A stretch of DNA of 64,000 bases, taken from contig MCFE01000302.1 in NCBI GenBank assembly GCA_002104905.1, positions 1 to 64,000 of the forward strand. Reading direction: 5' to 3'. The position numbers and the translations under genes are program-made. The notes under the pieces were generated by a model. That model was not told where the DNA came from and did not search any database. It saw only the letters and a program-made list of their open reading frames with translations. This DNA comes from Basidiobolus meristosporus CBS 931.73. Lineage: Eukaryota > Fungi > Basidiobolomycota. Within the stretch, counting starts at the first letter, position 1. Each line of letters begins with the position of its first letter. Positions 1 through 14,525 of the stretch are shown one piece after another.

Positions 1-1496
1 GGAATACGTATGTGGCTCGAACTTCCAGTTATCTAGGATGTTCCCAGTGTTCGCTACAAGAGCTGAGCCAGCTCAACCAATATACTACCAACAAGTACAA
101 GTGATCCCTAGGCTGTCTCATCTAGAGTTTTATTGCCACACTGCCTAATGAAACTAATTGGTTACGCATGGTACATCTGGATGCTCTCGTGATCACATAT
201 TTGCGTATGTTGGCTGGAGCTGAGTGGTGTGTGGTGCGGATTGGCCTAGCCAAGCGGTGAATTCAGAACAGATTCTGCATAAGAAACATGGGCATTCTCG
301 TCGCACCGCTTGCGAGCTGAATACCTGGCGATAACAAAGTTGCATGTTGTGAGAGCAGGTCTGAATGATCTAATGAATTTCTGGGATAAAATTCCACCAG
401 ACACCCACATTCTTGTATGGGATTTGATCTACAGAAGCTGGCGTCCCAAGATTCGTGAGTAGAGGAATTAGTAAGGTCAACATAGCATAATTGGTAAACA
501 ATGGTAACTTCAGATTGAGGCGATCCAGTTTTGCAAAGCAATCCACTTTGTAGCGGGTGCTTCCTCACCGACGCTATATTCTGTAACCGGGACTATGGAT
601 ACATAAATGGCCCAATCGGAGAACAGATCCTGCTTACAAATACTATCCCAGAGCAACTACCTTCCAGTGAACGTTAAATGTTCGTGCATATCAATAGCCA
701 TGCTGTGGTAAGCCAATCGTTAAGCAAGCTTCAAAGATAGGCTAGGCAAATTTAGACTGTTCAGTGGGTATTTGCATAGAACATTCATGAAGAGATGGTA
801 TAAAGCAGGATACCGGTACATACAACCCATCTCTCTCTGAGGTCTGGGACTGCGAAAACAGCTGCCAAGAAACAATCTGGGTCAGATTGGTAAGATAGGT
901 TTCAGTCCTCTCTGCCTGATAACCTGTAGCAGAGCCATGTTCGGGATTGCTCCTGCTATAAACCAAGGACTTTGTGGTATACCGGTGCAAATAGGACTGA
1001 GTGCTGTGTGGGGCCCATATACGTATGAGTCTGTACTATACGACATGCTTGGAAACGAGAGGCACAGGTAGCATATTTTTGGAGATGGGAGACAGTGACC
1101 CAATCATTCAATTGAGTTGATATATCAGTATCTGCCTGTCTAGCATTCGTGGGCGCCTGAAGAATAAAAGGCTCGTACCAGCAGACTTCGTGAGTATTGC
1201 ACGAATCCTCAAGACTCCATGCGTTCCCTTAGAGTAAACAGCATACTTGTATTCAGCGCATTTGCAGAAATCATCTACAACCCAATCCTCCAGGGCTCAG
1301 TCCAGAAATCACCGGGCTGGGGAAGCTCTGCTCAATGATATATTGATGACTATTCAAGATGTGTCATGGAATTAGGGAAAATCCGAGATCGTGAAGGTGG
1401 CCAATAGGCATTGATATACGTAACGGGGCTTAAAAGTCTTGATTTCACGAGACGGAACTCTCCTTTTCCCTTGGTTCCTTATTAGATTTATTCAAA

Positions 1497-2385
1497 ATGG
1501 TATGTGTCTTCCTGAATGGATGGATGTGTTTAACTGGGGAATTGATAAACAATAATTGTTCAAACTTTTAACGATACTTTCTTCCATGTGTAGGCTCGTG
1601 GACCCAAGAAGCACTTGAAGCGCCTCAATGCCCCCAAGCATTGGATGTTGGATAAACTCACTGGTACATATGCACCCAGACCCTCCAGTGGCCCTCACAA
1701 GCTTCGTGAATGTTTGCCTTTGGTCATCTTTTTGAGGAACAGACTCAAGTATGCTCTCACCAAGAAGGAAGTTCAAAGCATCCTTATGCAGCGTCTTGTT
1801 AAGGTTGACGGCAAAGTTAGAACCGATACTACCTATCCTTCCGGATTCATGGACGTTATCAGCATCGAGCAAACTGGCGAACATTTCCGTCTTGTTTATG
1901 ACACCAAGGGCCGTTTCACCGTTCACAGAATTTCTGCGGAAGAGGCCGGCTACAAGCTATGCAAGGTCAAGAAAGTTCAAATTGGTGCCAAGGGTATTCC
2001 CTTCGTTATCACTCATGACGGTCGCACCCTCCGTTACCCCGACCCTCTTGTCAAGGCTAACGATACTGTCAAGCTTGATCTTGAGACCGGTAAAATGACC
2101 GACTTTGTCAAATTTGATATTGGCAACGTCGCAATGATCACCGGTGGACGCAATATGGGCCGTGTTGGAATCATCACCCATCGCGAGAAGCATCATGGTG
2201 GCTTCGATATTGTACACGTGAAGGATGTGCTAGATCGCCAATTCGCCACCCGTATGTCGAACGTATTCGTCATTGGCCAAAGCAACAAGCCTTGGATTAG
2301 CTTGCCCAAGAACAAGGGTGTCAAACTCACAATCACTGAAGAGCGCGATCGTAGAAGAGAGAAGCAACTATCCGGTTCTGCTTAA
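1497..2385 (+). CDS. RPS4: 40S ribosomal protein S4 (eS4); ATG-only first exon 1497-1499, intron 1500-1593, exon 2 1594-2385
   Basis: ATG|gtatgt...tag|GCT CGT GGA CCC AAG AAG CAC TTG gives [23 protein letters not shown]...GGRNMGRVG, the canonical eS4 sequence. Confidence 0.98.
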
Positions 2386-2718
2386 ATATACGTGTAGTAT
2401 TCAATCCGAAATAAACATTTCTTTTTGTTGAACAGTGTATCATTAATCTGGCCAAGTGCCAAGTATAGATCAAAATAAAGTAACCAGGCGCTACACAACC
2501 CTACGGCAAAATGGGCAATGTTGTTCAAATCCTTATTTAATTTGTCTGCACTTATTGCGTGAACGTGACTACCAACGATATCACTCCAGGGTTAACGAAT
2601 CTCTGTAAATCAGAGCACACCCCAAATTTAAATAGTACCTGAGTTACGTTATCGTCAAGCTGAATATTCGAAAGCAAAACAATATAGACAACTCAACTTT
2701 CTGATTACCTCCAAAGCC

Positions 2719-3941
2719 ATGTCCTACAACGAAGTGGATGAAACTGAGCTCAACATTGAGCAAAAGATTAAGATTGCCTCTGGCTTCTTGTTGGCCAGCC
2801 CACCTGGCGAAGTCAACGACGTCTTCAACGGTAATATTTGGTTCTTCTTGGGATAAGTAGCCGAAGTGCCCCGATTTACACATCTTGTCTATTTGTAGAT
2901 ATTAGAAGCTTGATTGACGATGATGAAGTGCTTGTCGAGGGAATCATCGATACCCTTAGAGAATACAACACTGAGCAATTTGTTACCGTGGCTTTACCTG
3001 AACAGGAGCAGGAGGTATTAAGGAGAGCACGCTGGCCTCCCCAAAAAAGGCATTCTAACGGATTTCTTTACTTAGGTTGTTGTTTGCAAAGCTGGTGAGG
3101 TAGACGAGGTTCACTATCTGGATCCTCGCTCCAAGCAGGTTTTCAAGTTTGATCATCTACGCCAGGTATGCTCGCTTCCCCACTATAACGTCCTATTCAC
3201 GAGCTAAACTACCGTACTCTAGACTGTTGCTGACCTTGAAGAACATACCCCAGACGAAGAGATGGAGCCCTTCAGGTATTTTACTGGTATATATATACAC
3301 ATATATCCTCACTTGCTTACGCGGTTTCTCTCACCAGAGCTGCTTTGGAAGAAGCCGTCGATGCCTATTGTGCTGACCACTATCCCAATGGAACTGCATC
3401 CGTTTTCACCTCGGGAAGAGTCCTCACAATTGTCGTAGTTGACAACAAATACAATCAAGCCAACTTTTGGTAGTTTTTTACGTCAAGTCTACATCATCCT
3501 GTGATTTACTTAACAGGCTCTCTCATCAAAAGGAACGGAAGATGGCGCTCATTGTGGACCTTAGACTTGGATTCTAATGAGCTGAAGGGTAGCCTCAAGG
3601 TGCAAGTTCATTATTTCGAGGATGGCAACGTTCAACTCAACTCATCAAAGGATGTGACCATTGAAATCAATGCTGGCTCGGTAATTTACTGGTTGAAATA
3701 TCGCAACATGACCAAGCGCTAACATCGGTCAATGTAGAATCCCGGCCTCATCGCCAACCTTGCAATCAAGAAGATCACCAAAGCTGAGAGCGAATTCCAG
3801 GAAGGAATGAACAATGGCTATAACCAACTCTCAGATAGTACATTCAAGGGACTTAGAAGAACACTACCCGTGACCAGAAGTAAGATTGACTGGGACAAAA
3901 TGATGAATTACAAGATCGGCTCGGAACTAGCCTCGAAATAA
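2719..3941 (+). CDS. CAP1: F-actin capping protein subunit alpha (multi-exon)
   Basis: Spliced reading [26 protein letters not shown]...[15 protein letters not shown]...[17 protein letters not shown]...[26 protein letters not shown]; GT-AG introns, e.g. 2831-2898 and 3015-3075. Confidence 0.95.
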
Positions 3942-4461
3942 TTCTATATGGAACCTCTGGTTGATTGCTCTCATTCTTCACCTCCAACCAAGCGAACTCT
4001 GACTTTACTAGAGGTTTCTGCTCTCTAAGTTTATCACCTCACAAATAAATTTCATCAATATTGAATCATGGATGAATCTAAATGCGCATTTTGATCGAAT
4101 CTCTTGATTACGTCAATGCTGGTTGCCATGGGACATTCCTTAGCATAATTCCAAATTAACTCAACTTGGTATGACACTAACCATGAATTAGTAGCCTTCC
4201 AGAAGTGGTTGGCTTTTTTTGCACGGACATTTGTTTAGCCCATCAAGTGTTTTATCGACCCACTGGTATGTGGACATCTGTGCGGTTGTATTATGTATGT
4301 TTACGTGATACGCAGAGGGCACAAGTGCATAAACGGAACATATTTATTCAGGATTTGCCCGCATGCATCTGCAACACATGCCTTTACATTAAACCTAGTC
4401 TAAGTCCTATCTAAAATCATGCCTTGATGTTCAAAATGGGATAACTGGGGCTAGTGATATC

Positions 4462-5653
4462 TTAGGGATTAAATAGATCAGTAGTCATTTGAAAGTGATT
4501 GATTAGCGCATTGGATAGAAGCTTGCTATCTCCTTCTAGTTCAGATGATAGAGAGACTGGTGTATGTTGTCGCAATTGAATACCAGCTTCACAGAACATC
4601 TCCGCAGTCTTCTCGTCCATACCGTACGCCTGGGAGTACACCACCTCTTGAACGCCAACTTGCACAATCTTCTTGGCACACCCTATAAACACTCAGCGGT
4701 TAGTGTGATCAACCAACGGATAATAGACAAGCTCGTAGGCCAGTACCTAAACAGGGACACGTATTGCAATAGAGAATAGCATGACCAGGGCCCTCTAAAC
4801 GCTCCCGTCCCGCTTCTAGTAGCGCATTCTCTTCAGCGTGAAGGCAGAGGCACGTTCCCAAGTCCACCCCACATTTGGCACCTTCGTTACATCTCTCGCA
4901 ACCCCCATCATTGCAATTTTTCAAATTACGAGGCTTTCCATTATACCCGGTTGAAATGACTCGGTTGTTCTTGACCAAAATACATCCGACTCGGCGCTTC
5001 ATACAGTTTGCGCGACGTGCAGCAAGCTCCGAGAGAAGCATAAAGTAAGTGTCCCACGAGGGTCTTAACCGATCGGGGTTAGTGATGTCTAGAGAATCCA
5101 GGTGCTTGTGAAGTTCCTCCACATTATCGAACGGATTAAGGATGGATAGCTCGGCCAATTTTGCCTGCTTATATACCGGGATAGTCATATCAGAATCATA
5201 AGATTTCTTGGAATGGTACATGAGCGCGTCACTCTCAAAGACGAAGTTGGCTAGCATGGCAGGATTGTTGTTTTCGAGGCTGTTTCTGCTCAACCATCTG
5301 TTGTATCTGACTATCAAAGGCGCGTCAACAGCCACCAGCAAGAAGAAAGGGCGTTTCCTATTTCAGGAAAGGGTTAGTGGCTCCGCAGCGTCAGTAATCT
5401 AGAACAACGATGCAACAAACCTATACAAATTAAGTTCATTTGCTGTGGAGATATGGCAGATTACATAGTTGGAGCGCCAATTTTTGGTCGTGAATTCTTG
5501 GATCTCCTTGGCAGAATCGAAAGTGAGCGCGTTGAACTCCTTTGCACGCGGATCGGTGGTGAGTGTTATGTATTGAAATTGGTGAGCCTCAATGAGGTAC
5601 CTGGCGATTGTGTGCTTTCCGCTGCAAAGGGTTCCTGTAAGTCCGATGAACAT
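4462..5653 (-). CDS. DCD1: dCMP deaminase with N-terminal P-loop-like domain (multi-exon)
   Basis: RPSWDTYFM, RRANCMKRRVGC, STGYNG, HAEENAL and PCL..CAKKIVQVG zinc-deaminase motifs; N-terminus MFIGLTGTLCSGKHT. Confidence 0.93.
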
Positions 5654-6936
5654 GATAGTAGCTAGGAGTTTGGCAACCCAGAGGTGTTGTGAATAAGTTG
5701 TGCAAAACAACCTACTCCATAAGAGTCCATATTCATCGAAGATACTCGTAATCGGTCGTTGATTGGATAGAAATAGGTCTCGATTTGGTAACGTCATATT
5801 TTGTGTAAACATTCGACTTCTGTTAACTGGGCCAAACTGTAGTCAACCTTTGAAGATCGATGACGAATTATGCTAATCACAATCAACGATATGGTTTATT
5901 TCATGAATGGTATGCCTGTGGCATGGTGTAATCACCATCATGATTTTATTCAGAGCCAGTGAGTAGCCCCTGAGCCTGAAATAGTTACGTAGGCTGCCGG
6001 TCATCATCGATTCAAAGGCTTCCTATCGAATATGAAATAAGCAATCACTTGTGACCTCTCTACGGAGAGTTTTGGAATTCGATGCACCTGTGAGACATAA
6101 CATCAATAAATTGTATCAGGACAGTATTCAGGGCACATACCGCAAACACACTCAAACAACGGATGTCACCTCCTACAAATCCCAAGCAAACTGATGCACC
6201 TGCGTTGCAGCTAGGATGGTCCATCTAGTTTTACAGCAACCAGACCATGGAGGTTTGTATTACAACAATGTATAGAAACCAGATTAGTGGCGTCTGTAGG
6301 CTCCTAGACTTGTGAGAAAACCCAAGTTCCCAAGTACAGTCATCTCTCAGATGTACTGTCTACTACACAGTGTATGAATTTCTATTGTGTCAAAGCGCAC
6401 AATATCTAGTCACCACAGAAAGTAGGGGAACTACTTGACTGATAACTATCCTCTTGTGCATGAACTCCAACACTACTCCAGACTTTATGCATGGCGAGTG
6501 GCGTGCCATGAATAACCTCAATTCAACTGAGCTTTTTGCGGGAATCCTTACGAGCACCATTGCAGATAGGTGCATGCCCAGCACGGCACTAGTATTTGGG
6601 TTGCACAAAATAATGAGTATTGCTCCAGCTCAACGGCCATCTAAGATTCTTCCCTGATGTCTGAAACCAATAGTATTTGGCGATTTCCTAGGCTGGGTAA
6701 AGGGTAACAGTGTGATACAACAAGAAACCATCCAATACCATGCTTTCAGTAGAAAAGTTGGAGAGCTCTGATTGGGAAATGTGACCGCGAATATACATAC
6801 TGCTGATTTGGCTTTAGCCGGATGTGGGTGAGCCCAAGTATATATGAATTTTATCAATATTTTAAGGGCACCAATCTGACGATTCTCCTTCTGGTTGAAT
6901 TTCCATTATTTTTGAACGCAAATCACCTGATCTGCG

Positions 6937-8533
6937 ATGGATTTCCTTTCCGGTCCAATTTCATATAATAATCCCTTTCCGTTCCTCTCCGGCTCCAATT
7001 TTGTAACTCTTCTACTCATGGCTCAGGTCATTTCTTCCTCTTTGACTTCGTCGAACAGTACTTATAACAGTGGTACCCTCACCAACCACAACCAGAATAT
7101 TCTCTCCAATCAGGTTTCCCCTGAAAACAACGAAGTGAGCGAGAACGCGCTTGAAAATCCCGCACAAAAGAAGAAGAAAAAGGCCACTCGCGCATGCTTC
7201 CATTGCCAGAAAGCGCATTTGACTTGCGACGATTGTATGTTGTTGTTTTGCCGTCTTATTGCAAAGAGGTATATTTTTCTGATCATATCTCGTGTCTCCA
7301 TAGCTCGCCCCTGTCAACGCTGCATCAAACGAAACCTGGCTGGTTCTTGTAAAGATGGAGTCCGTAAAAAGGCGAAGTATCTTCAAGATGCATACGACGA
7401 AAGTCCAGAGCCTGGTACGTAGCAATTTCCCTCATAACGTGTCCGCACTTTCGTGACTTCTAATCCCCGCACAAACAGCCGTGAGTGACAGCATCGGTTC
7501 GAGCGAGATGTTCAATAATTATCAAATCAAACATAACCATGGATTCGATTCTGAGGCGTTAAATTTGGAATATTCGATGCTCAGTACCATGCTTGCTAAT
7601 CCCACCTCCACTGGTCTTCCTGATCCAGCGACATGGGGGGCCATAAGCGAAGTCCCTACCCACAACCTGTTTGCTATTAGCAACATGATGCAAAGAAGCC
7701 CAACAATGATCAATACAGTTCCTGCTATCAGTGCAATATATCACAACCCTACCGCACCATTTAACTATACCGAAGGATTTCACTATCTCCTAAGATATAT
7801 ACGAGAAAGGTACTCAAGGGCTGTGTATACATCCATTTGTAGTAATACTCTAATAACGAGCATATCAACAGAATGGACAAAGATGCAATCATGCGGATTT
7901 GCAAAGCCATGGCGATATTCAGACCGTCGTTCATAATCCTAATTAAGAACCTGACGGAGGAGGATTTGATCTTCATGGAAAAGAGTTTTCAACGCATTAC
8001 GTTGGTATGTCCCCTTGTATAACCGTGTGACCGATTGCCAAATACTTAGGACGAAAAATTTTAGGAATTCGAGAAATTGATTAGTTTCTCGGGAACGCCA
8101 ACAATACTGTGGCGACGAACAGGTCAAATTGCATTGGTTGGGAAAGAGTTTTCATTATTGACGCAGTGGTCCAAAGAGGACCTTTTGAGTAAGCCTACGT
8201 ACATCTATGAGGTACAATTCAGCTCCTTTCTACCAATAGCTGACAATTTGCTAATCATCTTAACCTAGCTTATGGACAACAATTCAGCGGTCAATTATTG
8301 GGAGAAGTTCGCAACGCATGCTTTTGACAACTCGGAGCAATCCGTCATGACCAAGTGTACACTGATAAGTTCTACTGGACGCGCTGTCCCGTGCACTTTT
8401 TGCTTTACCTTCAAGCGCGATATATTTGATATTCCTCTGGCTATCGTAGGCAATGTAAGTTCGTCTAAGTTGATACTTCTCAAGACTCCCGAGATTCATA
8501 TTCTATTTCTAGTTTCTACCCATCCTTGGATAG
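6937..8533 (+). CDS. Zn(II)2Cys6 transcription factor with C-terminal PAS-like domain, ERT1/AcuK/RDS2 gluconeogenesis-regulator family (start could be 7018)
   Basis: [26 protein letters not shown]...[14 protein letters not shown]; later exons [56 protein letters not shown]. Confidence 0.9.
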
Positions 8534-9089
8534 GTTGTGGGGTTGCTTAGAGTAACAGAGAACTGTCAGGCACAGACTCTTATCGCGATTTCATACATTC
8601 CTACTCGAGTTACGAAATACTCTCCCTATCTTTGTGTCCGTCTGATCTTGTTACGGGTGGATGTCTTTATGATTGATATTCTTGGGACTCGGTCACGCAC
8701 ACGAACACACACATATATATAAATACGCATGGTTATGGCTGCAGTGCTGAATGTTTGATATCCTTGCAAGAGTGCGCTACGATCCTCATAGAAGCGTCGA
8801 CTAGATTGCCTGGTCTTCTTCGTTGCCTTTCAGCTGTGCTTTTGGCTCCTCAAAGCCAAGTTTCACGCGAGAGTCACATGCTCTTGCCGAACCAAGATTC
8901 CAAGTCACAGAGTTCAATAAATGGTACAGCATGGAAATGGAAAGAACCTTCTGGAACGAAAGATCTAAATCGGTATTTATTATCGCATTGCATCTGTCTA
9001 TGAAATATTTCCCGCAAATCCAATTCCGATTCTCCCAAATAGTAAGATAGCTTATGAAAATCCGAGCGAGCACCCCATATCGAGGTATA

Positions 9090-9527
9090 CTATGCTGCAC
9101 TCTTCTTAGCATAAATAGATTGTGGGGGAGTGAGTAAAATCTTGGGATACTTATGGGCAGTCCCTTCATGGACTGCTTTCAGGGTTGGTGAGGACATTGG
9201 TTGTGTGAGCAGCTCTGAGCTAACTCCTAGTGAGCCTTGCTTGGGTCTAGGGCATTGTTTCCTCGGCCGTATCAGCTGAACTGTGTACCCTACTATTGTG
9301 AAGAGAACTACAGCTGCGAGAAGGCTGAGTAGGATAAGCAGTGTCAAAATCAAGGCTCTACTCATGCTGGTGTGATCGTAAATGACGGTTGAGGTCGTGG
9401 AGTTCATGTGAGCCAAGACAAAAGGAATCCCTTCGTTGATGGGTTTGTCTATCGCGACCCCACCCACCAGTGGGGCAATAAATGGAGAAAACAGGAGTGA
9501 AATTTTGGCTGCAGCACCGCCAGTCAT
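9090..9527 (-). CDS. Hypothetical small single-pass membrane protein (start may be 9407)
   Basis: 145-aa ORF with one strong hydrophobic segment (ALILTLLILLSLLAAVVLFTIVGY) followed by basic residues; no family recognised. Confidence 0.3.
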   Translation of the reverse strand: MTGGAAAKISLLFSPFIAPLVGGVAIDKPINEGIPFVLAHMNSTTSTVIYDHTSMSRALILTLLILLSLLAAVVLFTIVGYTVQLIRPRKQCPRPKQGSLGVSSELLTQPMSSPTLKAVHEGTAHKYPKILLTPPQSIYAKKSAA

Positions 9528-12247
9528 TGGTATCTACAGTGAACTATCTACGGGTTAAGCTGGTGATTTCGTTTGCTGAGATGGTCACTGCATTGCTTTA
9601 TATAAATACTGATCCGAAGTGGACAAAGGCTAGCTGACATTGCATGAAGAATCAACGGTGTCGAACTATTTTTAGCCTTCACTTTGTTGACCTCACCCAC
9701 CACAATGGTCATTTCGGACTAAATTCCCTCCACATGATTGATCTCCTCCACGCTAAATATGCAAGGGTGACACAATGACGAGGAGAAAAGGATCTATTCC
9801 TTATTATTGTAAGAAAATGATCGCCACGCGCTTGCCGATTTTGTGGAGCCTTCATTGTAAAGAGTGATATATGAGCTAATGCAGCAAAGAACACAAGGAA
9901 TCAGTAGGGTCATTCGGTACGAGTTGATATTCGTAGGATTATTATGTCGTATAGATGTCTTGTGGTGAGCCCATGAACCTGTTGCCCCTATAGAAATCAT
10001 GGTCTGGAGAGTAGCAGTCTAAATTGTTGGACTGTACATAAATCCTAGGGAGGGCCTCGCTTCATTCCAGTATATATGTGCAGTTCCAGAAAATATCTTC
10101 GGAAATTGGATTACCAAAGCACAGAGGAGCTGTCTGAAACTAAATCATTGTATGCAAGGTGAATAGTACTATCATACTTTGGCTGAGCTTATTTAGCTTG
10201 GAGACCTTATTTGTTGCGATCATACCATAGGGGGTTTTCAGATTTCCAGCAGTATGGGCTCCTACAAAGCCTGCTGATACTTGGGACTACTCGGACTGGC
10301 GGCAGGGTGTGAGACCCATTCCTCGATAATTCCCTCGGCCATCATTAATAAACCACTTGCAAAAAGCCGATATCGTACATCCAGTTATGCATGAAGTTGA
10401 TATCCCATTCCCATATCTATGTTAATCTTGTATATTTGAGTCTTTGCATAAACTTAATCATGGTTCGTATAGCTAAAGACGACCCCACCATTGCCTTTTC
10501 ATGCTGCTGGGGTGGGAAACTATACATGTACGTGAATAGCAATTCGCATTGCTGCTCTTAGCAGCGTAGCGTTCACGTGATTTGTATTTTGCAACTAGAG
10601 CAACATCCGTTGCACTGTTCTTGCAGTAGTCATAATCTTGAGTGCCAACTCATTCAAAGATCATCAAGGTCTTGCTTCTAGATTGCCCCCATGATGTAGT
10701 CGCCCGCTAATCTTGCATCATTATTGGTCATGGATCTCTCGTGTTGTGAGATACAGCTGACCAGTGACTCGATTGCTGAACAGGCATCGAGTGGATTAAT
10801 AACAATATTTATGTATATCGTGATAGCTAGCTACTAACGAAAATATGGGAGAAAACTGAAGGGTGGATAGAGTGATGCATACAGCGAGACCAGTTAATCT
10901 CTGGGTGCTTCAGCAGGCAAATACCGGATTAAGCAACGGCCATTGCACTCTAGGGCAATTTTCAATTGTTGGAGCTAGCACCAATATTGCTTTTTCATCA
11001 ATGACATTCAACAATTTAGTTATACCTTCGGAATTTCATGGCTTGATTGCTCAGAAGTCCTGAGAAGCCGGTCTCACAGTGCGCTTTGGGTTGGTGGTAC
11101 AGGTTTTGGAATGAGCATATTGTTCAAGTATGATGCAAGTCCCGGCGTGGACACTCTTTCTGATGGTTTTTTACCGAGCGGGTTTTCGCATGTCATATGC
11201 AATGTCCGAGCCCACCCATGCCTAGGATTTCGTTGCCTGCAGAATCGATTATACCAAAATGGAAACTAAAGGCAGGCAACGTCACATGCATCGCGGTATG
11301 CAATGTACCACTATACTGTGGATCTTGAAGAAAGACGATGCGAAGGCTTCTAATGAAATGTTGTCGTCGTTGCTTTTTAATGCAAATGCCCTGGTATTCG
11401 GTTTCACTTGACTTACCATCCAGTGGTCAGCAGTCTGGCTCCCCATGAAGATTGAATTACCTGTCCCTCCACCTAGGAATAGGACCATTGAACAGCCATC
11501 TATTGGAAACCATGCATTTGCTCGATTGATGATCCCCAACTCACAGTGTGATGGTAGTCACTGCATCACACATTGGCCCGACACATTAGTTCATGTCACC
11601 GTATTGTTTTTTGCCCAGCGGACACAAGGTTGGCACGTAAAGAACGGCCCCGGATTCTGGGGAAATCAATGATCTGTGGAAATTTTCACCACTTGAACCT
11701 CATCCCCAATCTGCTCAGCCGCCACTCTGGTGCCCTTGGTTTGGGGTGAATGAAAATGTGGAATAAATGCAGCAATAACTAACCTGGCTTAGAGACGAAA
11801 CAAATACCAAATGTATTGATGTAACATTCGCGCTTAACACCAATAGTCTTGGTGCAATTGAGATGGTGTGCTTCGGCATGAACAGGCCGTGCCGTGTAGC
11901 CTCCGAGGGTGATGATCTCGAGAGCTGAGTATTGCTATTTGTGCCGCGCCTTTTCTCGACGTCAGAACAATGAGGCAGTCTTAAAAAGGCAATAAAATCC
12001 GGAGTACTCAACTACTGCAGTGAGATATGGGAGCAGGAGCAATGGTTCACAACCAACAGTCAGACAGATCACTAGCTAATGGCCATTGATTGGACGTCTA
12101 TGGCCTTATCTGAAATCTGACCATGCAATGGGTGAAAACGGACTCGGAGGATACAGGAAGAGATCAAGCCCATAAGAAAGACCTATAAGAACCAGCCATC
12201 TGCGCGCAGACCAATCTTTACTGGCATCAACGAGTGCCATTCAGATT

Positions 12248-12916
12248 ATGGTCACATCGTTCAACACCATATTCATTCCAGCAACTCCTCATTCCTACGG
12301 GGCAGTCCGGAAACCCTCAGCTCATGTCACCAACGATTCACGACAGTTTCTTGTCAGCCATTTCCCAAATCTTTCCACGGTGAGAATGACAGAATTTGCT
12401 GCGCACATCGTGTATTTTCTATGGCTCTCTCCGAGCACCACCATTTCTGATCAGAGCTTCAATCGATCCCCATTGTCTTCTGATTTGAAGGATGTATTCT
12501 CGAATATATTTCTAAACCTTGAGCTGCCCACTGTCACGATCGTTCTGGCCCTAAAATACATGTACAGGATACGAATCTCATTGAGTACAAGCACATTGGA
12601 TCTTGGGAACCTGACCAAGCTGTTCGTGACCAGCCTGCTGCTGACCACGAAGTACCATTTGGACTGTAATATACGAAACTCCGAGTGGTCGAGCAAGGTT
12701 GGGATTAGGACTGACGAGCTGTCAAGAATGGAGCGTTGGATGCTAAGGGAGTTGCGATACGACCTAGGGATCACCGTTGAAGATTTTCTAGCATGGGCGA
12801 AATGGCTAAGCTTCAGCTGGAATCAGTCCTCAGCCCACACCCGGAGCCGTGGCGTCTATCAGGAGAAGACGATCAATTTCCAGAATGCAGCCCATCAATT
12901 GCACCATGTTGCCTGA
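12248..12916 (+). CDS. Pho80/Pcl-like cyclin
   Basis: Cyclin-box pattern TIVLALKYMYRI...LFVTSLLLTTKYHLDCNIRNSEWS...ELSRMERWMLRELRYDLGI. Confidence 0.75.
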   Translation: MVTSFNTIFIPATPHSYGAVRKPSAHVTNDSRQFLVSHFPNLSTVRMTEFAAHIVYFLWLSPSTTISDQSFNRSPLSSDLKDVFSNIFLNLELPTVTIVLALKYMYRIRISLSTSTLDLGNLTKLFVTSLLLTTKYHLDCNIRNSEWSSKVGIRTDELSRMERWMLRELRYDLGITVEDFLAWAKWLSFSWNQSSAHTRSRGVYQEKTINFQNAAHQLHHVA

Positions 12917-13663
12917 GACCCCGATGGGGTTTCGTTTGGTTGGTGCATCTGAGGCTCAACGCATCTGTAAACCAGCAAGCCAAAGCAACTCCACTAATCG
13001 ACCCTTAGTCAATTGTACATATCTCTTCATTGGACCAACACCGCATGTAAAGCACTCTGTTGGTACACCTAATTTTTGTAATGTCTAATGTACGGGGAAC
13101 CACTTGGCCACCCATATGTCACAAATGTAACTTACTCTACTGGCCCGCACCATGCCAACTTCTGTTATTACCATCCAGCAAACCATCTAGCCAGTTGCGA
13201 CAGCGTTGTCAACGCCCAATAAAAACCCAAACGGGACCGTTCCTTGTAAATCGACCATCATCACCATCCATTCCGACCCCAGACCCCGGAACGACCATCG
13301 TAGCCTCCTCCGTCTGCAATCAATGTATAGCATAAGATCAAGCAGTCTATTGTACGCCACTAGCCTTCGCTGAGCTTGTGGGCCTGGTCAGCCAAAACAC
13401 AATATGAATTAAGCCCAGGGCATGAGCAATTTAAGCTGATGGATCAAAATTTCTAATTCGTCAATAGTCAAAAAATTTGCCATGTGGGGATTTTTTGATA
13501 CAAATGATGATCAAGTAGTCGAATTTGCTCCTTCTTTTACCAGAGTCTCAGCTACCATCCATTTGGTCAGTATTCATCTGTCGCATTCATTGACGTTTCT
13601 GCTTTGGCGTAGTGGAGATAAGGTGTTAATATGTCGGAATTTCTAGGTTGATTTCCACTCAAC

Positions 13664-14233
13664 ATGAAGGATATTTACAAGGAAGAAGAGCTTACTATTC
13701 CTGAGGGTGTGACTTTGGATATTAAAGCTCGCGTTGTTCGTGTGAAGGGTCCCCGTGGTACCCTTTCCAAGGACTTCCACCATGTCAACATGGAGATCAA
13801 AAAGGTCGGCGCCAACAAGGTCCGCTTGTCGGTGTGGCACGGTGCCCGCAAGCATGTTGCTTGTCTTCGCACCATCGCTTCTCTCATTCAAAACATGATT
13901 GTCGGCGTTACCAAGGGCTTCGAGTACAAGATGCGCTTTGTCTATGCCCATTTCCCCATCAATGTCAATATTTCCGACGACAAGAAGATCGTCGAGATCC
14001 GCAACTTTTTGGGGGAGAAGGTTATTCGCCGTGTGAAGATGTTGGAAGGGGTCACCATCACCCACTCCGAGGCTCAAAAGGATGAGATCATCCTTTCTGG
14101 AAACTCTCTTGAGAACGTCTCTCAATCCGCTGCCTCTATTCAGCAATCCACATTAGCCAAGAACAAGGATATCCGTAAGTTCTTGGATGGTATATACGTG
14201 TCCGAGAAGGGCAACATTGCTAAGGATGATTAA
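13664..14233 (+). CDS. RPL9: 60S ribosomal protein L9 (uL6), intronless
   Basis: [47 protein letters not shown]. Confidence 0.98.
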   Translation: MKDIYKEEELTIPEGVTLDIKARVVRVKGPRGTLSKDFHHVNMEIKKVGANKVRLSVWHGARKHVACLRTIASLIQNMIVGVTKGFEYKMRFVYAHFPINVNISDDKKIVEIRNFLGEKVIRRVKMLEGVTITHSEAQKDEIILSGNSLENVSQSAASIQQSTLAKNKDIRKFLDGIYVSEKGNIAKDD

Positions 14234-14525
14234 ATTTTGAATTAGCCGCTACATTACCCTTAGTTCAATTCTTCATTAATAAACCACACTTCACCCAGAG
14301 CGACTGCCAGGACAGGCTTGCTCCTCAGCAAGACGACCCGCCGCAGGGAATACTTACGCATAGTGTGCATGTGGTCTCCATTCATCGCAAGATTAAAACC
14401 TATTTATTCGTAGAATACAATCACGTTGCAGTAGAATGCGCGCATTAGCAATATTATGAGAGGTGCGATCTCTAGATGGGTGGAGATGGGTAGCGGTAGA
14501 GTCGAGGGCCTAGCCAGCGGTGAAT

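Noticed and set aside
1-1370. Possible multi-exon gene on the - strand, head-to-head with RPS4
   Set aside because: Several GT-AG candidates exist, but every splice model I tried hit a stop and no family motif was recognisable; not supportable as a feature.
5399-5653. P-loop kinase-like N-terminus fused to dCMP deaminase
   Set aside because: This architecture is already known for fungal dCMP deaminases; not novel.
10860-11700. Short ORFs and a GTAAGT donor suggesting a - strand gene
   Set aside because: No coherent open spliced frame found.
13664-14233. Intronless RPL9 (and GUA1) as possible retrocopies
   Set aside because: Intact, with normal codon usage and no poly-A or TSD; intron-poor genes are common in this window.
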